From Nemertoderma westbladi (lineage: Eukaryota; Animalia; Xenacoelomorpha), in contig JAUCBJ010000939.1 in the NCBI GenBank assembly GCA_032718475.1, positions 1 through 54,585 of the forward strand: a DNA stretch of 54,585 nucleotides. Reading direction: 5' to 3'. Each line of letters opens with the position of its first letter. The stretch's first letter is position 1. Below the pieces are notes generated by a model that was not told the origin of the DNA, did no database searches, and saw only the letters and a program-made list of their open reading frames with translations. Below, piece by piece: positions 23,320 to 34,694 of the stretch. A program made the translations under genes and the position numbers.

Positions 23320-23866
23320 TAACATATGGAGTGGGTGTGTGACTACATTATTTTATATTTATTTTATTATTTTATATTATGTATGTATTATTATGTAATT
23401 TTATTATAATCGTTTTCTTTAATTTTATTTAGTAGAATGTTATTTAGTGATTATTTAGTAGATTAGTGCAATATATTAGTGTTTATTACTTAATTACTTA
23501 TATATTATATTTAGTGCGACGGCGAGAAATAATTCTTTTTCTCTTTCCTTACTGTCCGTATCATATTATAAATACGTGACTACAGTAAGATGAAATATCC
23601 GTACTTATTAAAGTACAATAAAGCCACTACTATATTTAAGTATTATTGGTAGGCAGAGTATTAGGAATGCAAAGTTCAGATCCTCGTGTCTCGGCTAAAC
23701 CAAGCTCTGGGTAGACCTTGGAAACGACTTGCCTCTTCACACTGACATTGCTTCGTGCGATATTGCTCTCATACCGTATATTAAATAATACATATAGTAG
23801 CGTGATGTCCCTTTAACAGTAGCGTAAAACGCAAAATAAATCTGTTAAACCCTTTGACCATCTGCA

Positions 23867-24135
23867 ATTCTAGTCGATTAAGATATCGCGGCACCCACCG
23901 ATATACTTGAAAGACAAAATTCTAGAATTAGTGGTTAACGTCCCCAGACAAGTTCTGGAATAAACTGGTGCCCATCCTAAATATTAATTATTAATATTTA
24001 CAAAATCTGTCAAATTTTAGATCCTTTAACATTCTAGTCGATTAAGATATCGTAGCACTTACCGATACTCTTAAAAAGACAAAATTCCTAGAATCAAGGA
24101 TCCCAGTCCCCAGACTTGTTCTGGAATAAAATTGT
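23867..24135 (+). repeat. Two diverged direct repeats of about 100 bp in the 3' region of A
   Basis: ATTCTAGTCGATTAAGATATCG...GTCCCCAGAC...TTCTGGAATAAA near 23867 and 24031; mirrored in B at about 30350-30610. Confidence 0.8.
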
Positions 24136-24961
24136 GTTTATTTAATATTAAATAATAAATTTACGGGAATAAATTTAAATTCATATATTTTAATGAATTT
24201 AATAAATTGTCATTTTTACACAATTTATAACATTCCCAAAATTCCATTAATTAATAGATCATGGGAGCGGAGATTCACCTCTTAAGTGTATTAGTGTGCG
24301 AGAATCTCCAATATAGAGTCAAAAGCCGATAAAATTCATAAAATCATGTATAAAGAGAAATATTGACCATTAAAGACTTACTATTAAATAGCATCCCAGA
24401 TCTGTATGCATGAGAATTACCCTAATTCTACCGCTAGCTTTCCATAATGTCACCATGGCAACAACCATGCTAGAATTAGAAGCGAGTTAACAGAACAATA
24501 AAAAGCTTGCTCATTGAATAGCATACGGAATAAATAGCACACCGCTAGTATCCAAGGATACATAATAAATAAAGTGACATTCTGGAAGGCACTTGACTAA
24601 CGGACAAATGACCCGAATGTGTGATAGAATGTGTACCATTTGTGACAGTTACGTGGAATTTGTGCGTTTGTAGGTGAATGTTACTACTAAGGTGTGTTTA
24701 CAGTAGCGAGTCGCAATTGTGAAAGTAACCCTAACTCTCCAGTAAGAACCTGAAGTATATCTAAGCCTTTGGGACGGACGGTGGAGTGGCTCGTGCTGGT
24801 TGTTGTAGTCGTTGTGCAGCTACGACGTTGGCGATAGGCACATCGGCGAAAGTACACCAGCGCTGAGGATCTCGCACTGTCCGGGGGCAGAGAGGGGTAG
24901 GCAGCGACGCCCGCTCGCCTAAATATACTCATTATAATATGGATAAACTTATATAGCAGAT

Positions 24962-26292
24962 ATGATTGAGTTGATAGATGATGATCTTGGTATCAGGGAG
25001 CGATATACTCTACCTTTACAAGCGTTTGTTGATAGCTTGATACGCGGCGATGCTGGTACAACGACTACGGAGGACGATGGTCGTTATATCTAACCGCCAA
25101 TCTCCCGGGAGCAACTTGCGCGTGGGTTGGACTGTAGAAAATTTACCGCTCGCTATACGCATCGTAATGGTATGTATATGGACTTCTTAACTACTGGTCA
25201 TCCTATCGACCTACACGATACGAACGATATAGACACCAAAAGGGTGTCTATAAAACATTATACATCATGACCGCATGGTAGAACTCAAACGGCTCTATTC
25301 CACTATGATGTATCTTACCGCCGATCGACCGCTACCTGTTGTACCGGATAGCTTCGAACAGATGGAGGAATATTGTAAAACTGGAGAACGATCACCTGCG
25401 TTTCCCCTACAAGACGTGCGTCTTTGGTATTATTGCAATGAATGCCCAAGACCCAACCAACAAACGAAAAGACATAAACATCCGCGGAGACGTTGCTTTA
25501 AACACGGTTTTACTCGCTATATTTACGAGAGTTTCGAGCGAAATTTGTTCGATGTATCACCTACGCTCGTTCGACTCAGATGATCCTTAAATAAACCTAT
25601 GATCAGAGTTTCGGAATACTCGACCAGACCTCCTCATTCCCTAGTGAGACCTCAGACTCTTGATCCTATTAGTATGACGGATCCTCCCGAGCTGTACTCA
25701 CTGCTCAAAGATCTAGTGTTACCTGAACAATTAGTCAGTGGCACCCCGGTTGTGGGCTTCCTAGATATTAGCCCATCATACCTAGCCGGATTGGGATGCG
25801 GACATTTAATATCGCCGTTTAACCCTTACCATCGTCCCGGCTTAACACGATATAACCTGTCACCAAAGTGGCGGAGAGCGTTGTACCAAATGAGTTAGAC
25901 GCTATTCTGCAAAGATCAGAAAAATAACTTATGCTTGTTCAGATAAACGTAAATTGCACTAGCAAGTCCAAGCGGTAAACAAAGTAACTATATCTCAGTT
26001 CGATCGGGAAATCCAGAATCTCTAAGAAGTTATCGAACTTGGACGATCCTATTCTCTGCGAGAGTTTTTGGATGAACGTATCCAGCTACGAGCGGAGGAA
26101 AATCAGCTCGAGGAGAAGCATATCGAAACGGCGGATACCCCGACCATAATCCTACACCTTATGATGCAATCATATTGCACGCTTCACCCAGGAGTTATGG
26201 CCCTCCTAGTAAAGTGGCTCCCCCCCAAAGAGAAAAGGACTCTTGCTAGCTTTAAAAAACTGCGTAAACGCCGTCCACGCAAGACAGACTAA
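24962..26292 (+). pseudogene. Decayed extra ORF of element A (unknown protein)
   Basis: MIELIDDDLGIRERYTLPLQAFVDSL... with a premature TAA at 25091. Fragments 25275-25583, 25599-25898 and 26068-26292 match B fragments at the protein level. Confidence 0.7.
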
Positions 26293-26362
26293 CTGTTTAG
26301 AGTATTTTTATATTTTAGAAACTGTGATTTTTTATATTTTATAGAATTAAATCCCATTTTCT

Positions 26363-26370
26363 GGGAGCGG
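26363..26370 (+). promoter_or_regulatory. Polypurine-tract-like sequence
   Basis: GGGAGCGG abuts the 3' LTR TG; the same motif abuts the B LTR (28093-28100, minus strand). Confidence 0.7.
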
Positions 26371-27562
26371 TGTAAAAGCTTTTGCGGGATATAACTGGCC
26401 CTTTTGCTTCGCAATCCAGTTTCCCTTAATGCGCTCAAATACTCTAAAGAAAAGCTCCCTAACTCAAAGGATGAAAGCTACCGGCTGATTGGCTGATTTG
26501 CCTAGCGACGGCCTCTTTGTTGGGTTCGATCAACCAACCAGAGCAAGGTCAACCAAGCAGAGCAATTCAGCCTTATGTTGGCTAAATCAATGTAATTGGC
26601 TGCAAAGGCTAGGGTGGTTTGGCATTTTGGACGATTTGGAACCTGTGGAATATGGAACTCTGCCAATGAGAGCTTTTCCTTTCTGTGTTGAAATCTACCT
26701 GCAGCAGCTCACAGGGTTCAGTGTGTTGGTTTTTCCAGAGCCTAGAAACATCGGCCGTGGAATATTTCTGAATTATTCCAACATTAGAACGTCTTTAATT
26801 ATAAGAACACATAACTGTTACCGCAGTGGCACGGTACTGGTATTATTTAACCGTACAGCCTACGGTACGGTATATTGCACATTATTTACTGCTATTTGCT
26901 GTTTGTTATTAAATGTATCATTCGTTTGCATATTGTTATTTGGAGAATAACTATAAACGATCAGAAACCCCGATCTTGTTGATACACTAAGGTTAGAGAG
27001 ACCGGCTACATATAGCAATTGCGGCTTATATTATCGTGGTTTGTAGTGAATTGAATGCTATTTTATAGGCCCTACAAATGCCGGTTGCTATTCTCTTTAT
27101 ATATGATTAAAATCAGTGACTATCGGCAATTCAGTGTGCAGCGGTGTGCAATAGTCTGTATGTGCTTGTCCGCGTAACAAAGCATCTCCTAAAGAATGCG
27201 CCTTATGTGTAACTTATAATCCATTCGTTGTGTTTAGTGTAAGCCATAGCTCTGTTTATATAGATAGAGCGCCACGTCCTAAAGGAACTGCTAATATTTC
27301 CCGAAAGTGAATAATATTTGTCAGAGATTATATATTAACGATCAATCGAATAGTACGGTAGGCCTGCACCGCAATCAAATTAAAGCATCCGAATCCAGTC
27401 TCCCGGGTATATCCAGCGGGTGAATGGTCGCGCATAGACTGGCTTCGGCTAATGTTGGATTTATTTGTCTCAAATACTTGTCATAGGCTAAAGTCAATTT
27501 ATAACCTAGAAGACATATAGATTTGGCGGGTTAAACTGCCAAAGGTCTTAAAAGCGCGAACA
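26371..27562 (+). repeat. 3' LTR of element A
   Basis: Copy of 16523-17714, followed by the TSD ATAAC. Confidence 0.93.
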
Positions 27563-27567
27563 ATAAC

Positions 27568-28092
27568 CGACAGTCAATAGCGGTAAAAATGCGGTGTTTG
27601 TAGTGTGACAATATGTTTTGGTTTGATATGTGATTAGATAACAGTTATACGTTTCTATGACCAAAGCCTACTAATGTTTGGCTAAAGTCTGAAACTTCCA
27701 CAGAAGTACAGAAGAATCCTAAGCCGGTGTTCTGGGCTTAGAAAGATACACACACTGACTGAATTGCGTGAGCCTCTGCATACAATGTCCAACACAGAGT
27801 GAAAACCGCTCTGATTGGTCGACCGAACAAAGAACGAACAAAGAACAAAGAAAAAGTTACACGTGGACACAGCTGATAGATGTCGTCATCTGAGTTCCGA
27901 TGTTTAGAGTATTTGGCTTATTGCGACATGAAATCGCTAGTTATGTCCGCTAAAGTACACATACAGAAGAAATGGCTTTTTATGTCCACTAAAACACCGG
28001 TACAGTAAGGAAACGGCTTTTTATGTCCGTTAAAACAACTACAGAGTACTTTGCGGGGAAAATAACTAGCTAATTCCGCAAAAGCCTTTACA
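27568..28092 (-). repeat. Proximal part of the 3' LTR of element B
   Basis: Minus strand begins TGTAAAGGCTTTTGCGG after GGGAGCGG. Joined to 15872-16522 it gives an LTR of about 1176 bp. Confidence 0.85.
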
Positions 28093-28170
28093 CCGCTCCC
28101 AGAAAATGGGATTTGAGTCTATAAAATATACAAAATCACAGTTTCTAAAATATAAAAATACTCTAAACAG

Positions 28171-29529
28171 TTAGTCTTTCTTGCGCGGACGGCGTTTACG
28201 CAGTTTTTTGAGGCTAGCAAGAGTCCTTTTCTCTTTGGGGCGAGCCACTTTACTAGGAGGGCTATAACTCCTGGGTAAAGGGTGCAATACAATTGCATCG
28301 GAAGGTTTAGGGTTACTGTCGATGTCTCGTCCATTTCGATATGCTTCTCCTCGAGCTGATTTTCCTCCGCTTATCGTTGGATGCGTTCGTCCAAAACTCT
28401 TGCAGAGAATAGGGTCGTCCAAGTTCGATATCTTCTTAGAGATTCTGAATTTCCTGATCGAACTGAGATAAAGCTAATTCGTTTACCGCTTGGACTTGCT
28501 GCTGCAATTTACGTTTCTCTAAACAATTGTAGGTTCCTTTTCCGATCTTTTGACGAATAGTGTCCAACACGTTTCGTACAACTCTCTCCTCCGCCTCGGT
28601 GACAGGTTGTATCGGGTTAAACAGGGACGATGATACGGTTGAATGGCGATATTAGATGTCCGCGTCCCAATCCGGCTAGGTAAGATGGGCGAATATTTAG
28701 GGAGCCCACAACCGGAGTGCCACCGACTAACTGTTCGGGTAACACTAGATCTTTGAACAGTGAGTACAGTTCGGGAGGATCCGTGATACTATTAGGATCA
28801 AGAGTCTGAGGTCTAACTAGGGAATGAGGAGGTCTGACCGAGTATTCCGGAACTCTGATCATAGGTTTATTTAAGGATCGTTTGAATCGAGCGAGCGTAG
28901 GTGATACATCGAACAAGTTTCGCTCGAAACTCCCGTAAATATAGCGAGTAAAACCGTGTTTAAAGCAACGTCTCCGCGGATGTTTATGTCTTTCCGTTTG
29001 TTGGTTGGGTCTTGGGCATTCATCGCAATAATACCAAAGACGCACGTCTTGTAGGGGAAACGCGGGTGATATTTATTCGGTTTTACAACGTTTCTCTCAA
29101 GAATTCCAAATATACGTTGGAGTTACTGCGTTTATCCGGTTCTTTAACGTCTTCTCTTTCGAGTCGATTTCGAATAGAATTTTCGCATTCTATTTTCAGT
29201 TTATCGTTCCGACTCCGCTGGGTAGGATATTTAAATAGTACCATTTCCCTTTCGGTGTCGACATCGTCCGTATCGTGTAAATCGATAGGATGACCAGTAG
29301 TTAAGAAGTCCATATGCGTACCATTACGATGCGTATAGCGAGCAGTGAATTTTCGATAGTCCAATTCACGCGTAAGTTGCTCCTGGGACATCGGCGGTTC
29401 GATATAACGACCATCGTCCTCCGTAGTAGTTGGACTAGCGTCGCTGCGTATCAAGCTATCAATAAACGCTTGCAACGGTAGAGTATATTTCTCCCTGATA
29501 CCAAGATCATCTTCTATCAACTCAGTCAT
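28171..29529 (-). pseudogene. Decayed extra ORF of element B
   Basis: Fragments 29083-29529, 28617-29045 and 28119-28422 are homologous to A 24962-26292. Confidence 0.7.
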
Positions 29530-31165
29530 AGCTGCTATATGAGTTTATCAATATTATAATTAGTTATAATTAGGCTAGCGGGCGTCGCTGCCTACCCCTC
29601 TCGGCCCCCGGACAGCGCAAGATCCTCAGCGCTGGTGTACTTTCGCCGATGTGCCTATCGCCAACGTAGTAGCTGCACAACGACCACAACAACCAGCGCG
29701 AGTCACTCCACCGTCCGTCCCAAAGGCTTAGATTTACTTCAGGTTCTTACTGGAGAGTTAGGGCTACTTTCACAATTGCGACTCGCTACTGTAAACACAC
29801 TTTAGTAGTAACATTCACCTATAAACACACAAATTCCACACAACTGTCACAAACCGCACACATTCGGGCCATTTGTCCGTTAGTCAAGTGCCTTCCAGAA
29901 TGCCACGTTATTATTGGGTATCCTGGGATACTAGCAGTATGCTATTTATTCCTTATGCTATTCAATGGGGCAAGCCTTTATTGTTCTTTTAACTCACTTC
30001 TAATTCTAGCGTGGTTGTTGCCATGGTGACATTATGGAAAGCTAGCAGTAGAATTAGGGTAATTCTCATGCATACAGATCTGGGATGCTATTTAATAGTA
30101 ATTCTTTAATTGTCAATATTCCTCTTTATACATGATTTTATGAATTTTATCGGCTATTGACTATATATTGGAGATTCTCGCACACTAATATACTTAATAG
30201 GGTGAATCTCCGCTCCCATGATCTATTAATTTATGGAATTTTGGGAATGTTATAAATTGTATAAAAATGACAATTTATCAAATTCATTAAAAGATGAATT
30301 TAAATTTATTCCCGTAAATTTTATTATTTAACATTAAATAGACACAATTTTATTCCAGAGCATGTCTGGGGACTGGGATCCTTGATTCTAGGAAATTTGT
30401 CTTTTTAAGAGTATCGGTAAGTGCTACGATATCTTAATTGACTAGAATTTTAAAGGATCTGAATTTGACAGACTTTATAAATATTAATAATTAATATTTA
30501 AGATGGGCACCGGTTTATTCCAGAACTTGTCTGGGGACGTTAACCACTGATTCTAGAATTTTGTCTTTCAAGTATATCGGTGGGTGCCGCGATATCTTAA
30601 TCGACTAGAATTACAGATGGTCAAAGGGTTTAACAGATTTATTTGCGTTGTACGCTACTGTTAAAGGGACATCACGCTACTATATGTATTATTTAATATA
30701 TGGTATGAGAGCAATATCGCAAGAAGCAATGTCAGTGAGAAGAGGCAAGTCGTTTCCAAGGTCTACCCAGAGCTTGGTTTAGCCGAGACACGAGGATCTG
30801 AATTTTGCATTCCTAATACTCTACTTTACCAATAATACTTGAATATAGTAGGAGCTTTATTGTACTTTAATAAGTACGGATATTTCATCTTACTGTAGTT
30901 ACGTATTTGTAATGTAATACGGACAGTTAGGAAAGAGAAAAATAATTATTTCTCGCCGTCGCACTAAATATATAATATATAAGTAATTAAGTAATAAACG
31001 CGAATATATATTGCACTAATCTACTAGATAATCGCTAAAATAACATTCTACTAAATAAAATTAAAGAAAACGATTATAATAAAATTACATAATAATACAT
31101 ACATAAATATAAAATAATAAAAACAAATATAAAATAATATAGTCACACACCCACTCCAGACGCTG

Positions 31166-33862
31166 TTACGTTGGGGAGTCCCTAGATATTTGTTGGATTA
31201 GGGAGGTGGTCGTGGGAAGAGTATCTTGCCTTCCATAGTTTCCGGACAGTTCTCGGCCTCTTTCCAGTAAACATAAACGACCAACTGGGCGATTGAGTTG
31301 TTGTGTTTCGAATACAATTCCAGGTTTCCTCTTCGTCCTGGAATAGTGACGATAGAAACATCGCTTCAAATACACGACGGCCTTACAAAACCGATTCCAG
31401 GATCTATAGTGGTCCATCGCTCCCGGCAGGAGAGGTGAGAGTCCCGGCGAGACGTCTGGTGTTCCAGATCTCCAGTCTCTCTCTCTGATCTCCACAACAG
31501 ATCGGTTCGCGGTGGGGGAGTTTAGATCCACAGTGTCGTCCCTGGCAATGTGTAGTACAGACAGATCTATCACGGGTTTAAATAACCTTGATTTACTCGT
31601 CCGGGTTTTAGGTTTGACTTTCTCCGCTCCCTTGGATTGTCTAATCTCAGCCGTGGTAAGATGGGGAGGCCATTCATCTTCTTTACTTAGGAAGTCGGGT
31701 CCACCTAACCAGTCTGGAGTATCTGTCAGTTCTTGAGGAGTTGCTCCTCTGGAAGCGATGTCGGCTAGATTAATCGTCTCGGGGCAATGTCTCCATTGAT
31801 CTACATTGGAGTTAATATCATCATTATCTGAGGAGTATGGTGTTCCCTCAGTTGGGTCGTCAACTTCACTGCTCTCCGCTTCCCATTCACTTACTTGGTA
31901 TACCCGTTCTTTTGGTAACCTTTCCATGAGAGTTCTACGGGAAGGGCCAGTAAAGTACCAACCTACTCTAGTTCTTACCGCATAGGTTTGTAGGGGCTGC
32001 GGTTGAGCAGGCCGTTTCTCTAATGTCTCAAGCGCCTCATGCGCATTTTGGCCGATGAGTATTTGCACTCCAGGGTAGTCTGTGTTGAATCTAGGTATCT
32101 TGAGCTGCTGGGTGAAATCATCCTCATCCCAGTTATAAGGTTCTACTTGGCTGGTAGCGAAGTTCTTTATCGCCACCATTTTTACTGACCTTATACTGTG
32201 TTCTCCTAGTTCATCCTGGGGGGTGGACAACGCACCTACATAATAATCTGCTATTTCTGTAGATTTCCAAACCTGCACAATTCCTGACATGTTTAACTTA
32301 GTTCGGAACTTGGGTTGTCCAGAAAAGATGTCTTCGGCTAGTTCTTTGTCGATGAATGTTCCTGTGCTACCGGAGTCAAGGAGGGCGTTCACTATATAAC
32401 TCCTTTCAGGTCCGTGGACCCTCAACTGCACTACGGGAAATTCTCGGATTCCTACATTGGAAGTTGGTGCTTTCCAAGATGGTTGTCGGTCAGAAGTAGT
32501 TAGGGGGAGCTCACTGTTGGTATCCTTTTCATATGTAAGTGCTCAATACACTGCGGTATTTATCTGGTAACAGGATTCGTTTTCGTCGGAGAATTCGTCC
32601 GTATAGAATCCTTCCATCTCAGAACTTTGGTCAGTGTCGTTCACATCACTGAATTGGACATGTAGTTCGGACTCACTTACCTGACTCGAGCTGTTTCGTT
32701 CGAATTCAGTGTTCAACAAGATATGATGTTTTGCGCCGCACTTCGCACACCTTGCGTCGGAGTAACAGGTTCGCCATTGGTGTCCTTGTCTGAGGCAATT
32801 ATAACACAACCGCTTATCCCACATGAATTCCCGTCTATCCTTTAATGATTTCCTCATGAATTCATCACACGCACTTAAACGGTGGGGCCCGTCGCACAGC
32901 ACACATTTTGGTTTGATGTTACTTACCCCACCCTGGGCAACGCCGTGCACACTCGTTCTTTCCTCGGGCTTTCTTACATGAATTCTCTTAGGAGACGTAG
33001 GAGGAGTTTTTCTTACCTGTTCTCTCCTGTCATTGGTTCGAGACTTGAATTTACTTACGTCCTTAGTCGCTTTGTTGTCATAGTAAGATCTGTCAGTGTC
33101 TTTCCCGCTGTCTTCCTCTTGAGAAGCCTGGCTTTCGCCGTCGTCTGTATAACACACTGGTACTACTTTTCTCCTAGAAACTGGTTTCTCACCTACCTTA
33201 TTTTCCGGTGTCTTCTCTCTGGACTGTTTTAGGAGCTGCAATTTTACCTCTCCATCTAAGAATGACATGAGATCAGCCATGGTAGGGTGTCTTCGTTGTT
33301 GTTCCATCATATATAACACTTTCTTGTCCCAGCGTGTACCTACTCCACCCTTGGGCAAAGTAGATGCTAAGGCTCCTACAACCATAGAATTCTGGTATTC
33401 ATGAGACTTACCTAACCAATCTAGTTGTCTACAGATCTCCTGAATCTCGTCGGAAAACTCTATAATCCCGCTGCTAAGAAACTTTCGGGGCGCCATTAAT
33501 TTCGCATATAAATACCTAGCTATGTTAGTCCTATTACCATACCTGATGTTCAGTGTATCCCAAACTTGTCTTAATCCATCTGGATGTCCAATAAACTTTA
33601 ACGCCATTAACTTGGGAGATCCTTCCAAGCACTCGATGAGGAATCTAAGTTTCTCTCCGTTAGATAGCACAGAGTTCTGTATGTTATCTTTGTAATATTC
33701 ATTAAAAGGTAACCATTTCATCTCATCTCCATTGAACTTGACGATCTCTCCCACTTTTACCGCTTGACGGGCTTCGGTTCTAGCCATTTGATGCGTAAAA
33801 CTTTCTTGGGCCATCGTATTATTTAATATCGAGTTATCGGTATATAAATTTCTCGGATTATG
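31166..33862 (-). pseudogene. gag-pro of element B with a nonsense codon and 5' truncation
   Basis: CGA>TGA at 32543-32545 separates ORFs 32543-33886 and 31166-32431; zinc knuckles and LDSGS motif retained. Confidence 0.88.
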
Positions 33863-34419
33863 ATCAGGTATATAAAACAAGAACATGGGTTAAAAAAGCA
33901 TATTGCACTTAAACAAACACATATACATGGACTACATACATATCCGCGTAGACACAGAGTGGATCAATTTCGCCACAAACATTTAAAGGAAACGCCCTTA
34001 ACATGGTGTATTGATGCTTTTGTTCTTTTCCATAATAAAAATTAAGCAAATTTTTTATTTTTTACAGTGACTTGTCCAATCCTAAGTAATGTAAAACATA
34101 GAAACGTACGTACATAAACTAAATAAAACTTCAGTTACTTCTACTTGGGTCGCTAAATAAGAAATCCGAATAAAATGCGATACAATTTTGCATACAATGT
34201 CAGTAAACATACCACGAGAATTTAATTTAAAGTGATAAGGAGCGGCAATAAATTGGTTTAAATTGTTTAAAGGCTTCAAAAGCTAATGACTAAATTTGTC
34301 ATTATACTGACCATTGGAAAGCCGGTCAGTGTTGTTCCCCTGACCGTAGGTGCATTCGTCCTTGAAATGACAACCGGTTGCTATGGTAACACGAATTCAA
34401 AGCAATGACCATATCTAAA

Positions 34420-34694
34420 TCTGTCGGTAAAACCTGTCTGCAAACGTCTCCCTCCGTGAACCTGTCAGCAAACCTGTCCTAAAACTTCTCCGCAAACCTG
34501 TCAGTCAGCAAACGTGCCCGTAAAACCTGTCCGCAAACCTGTCCGTAAACCTGTCTGCAAACCTGTCCGTAAAACCTGTCCGCAAACCTGTCCGTAAAAA
34601 CTGTCCGCAAACCGGTCCGCAAACCGGTCCGCAAACCTGTCTGCAAACCTGTCCTTAAACTGTTTGCCGATTTACGTTAACGGCCGGTAATAAC
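34420..34694. repeat. 12-bp minisatellite (AAACCTGTCCGY) with a terminal motif related to 15278-15330 in inverted orientation
   Basis: The reverse complement RCGGACAGGTTT matches the 15312 array subunit; the flanking sequences are also similar. Confidence 0.85.

Larger units (their letters stand above)
16523..27562 (+). mobile_element. Complete non-autonomous BEL/Pao LTR retrotransposon A (11,040 bp)
   Basis: TG...CA LTRs at 16523-17714 and 26371-27562; 5-bp TSD ATAAC (16518-16522 and 27563-27567); purine tract before the 3' LTR; gag-pro ORF. Confidence 0.93.
28093..33866 (-). mobile_element. Internal region of older BEL/Pao element B, 5'-truncated within gag
   Basis: Reverse-complement similarity to A from about 20880 to 26370; similarity is lost at about 33866. 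Confidence 0.9.

Noticed and set aside
23326-23345. PPT-like GGAGTGGG followed by TGTG just after the gag-pro stop
   Set aside because: The true LTRs and TSD are defined elsewhere, and no second LTR copy starts here.
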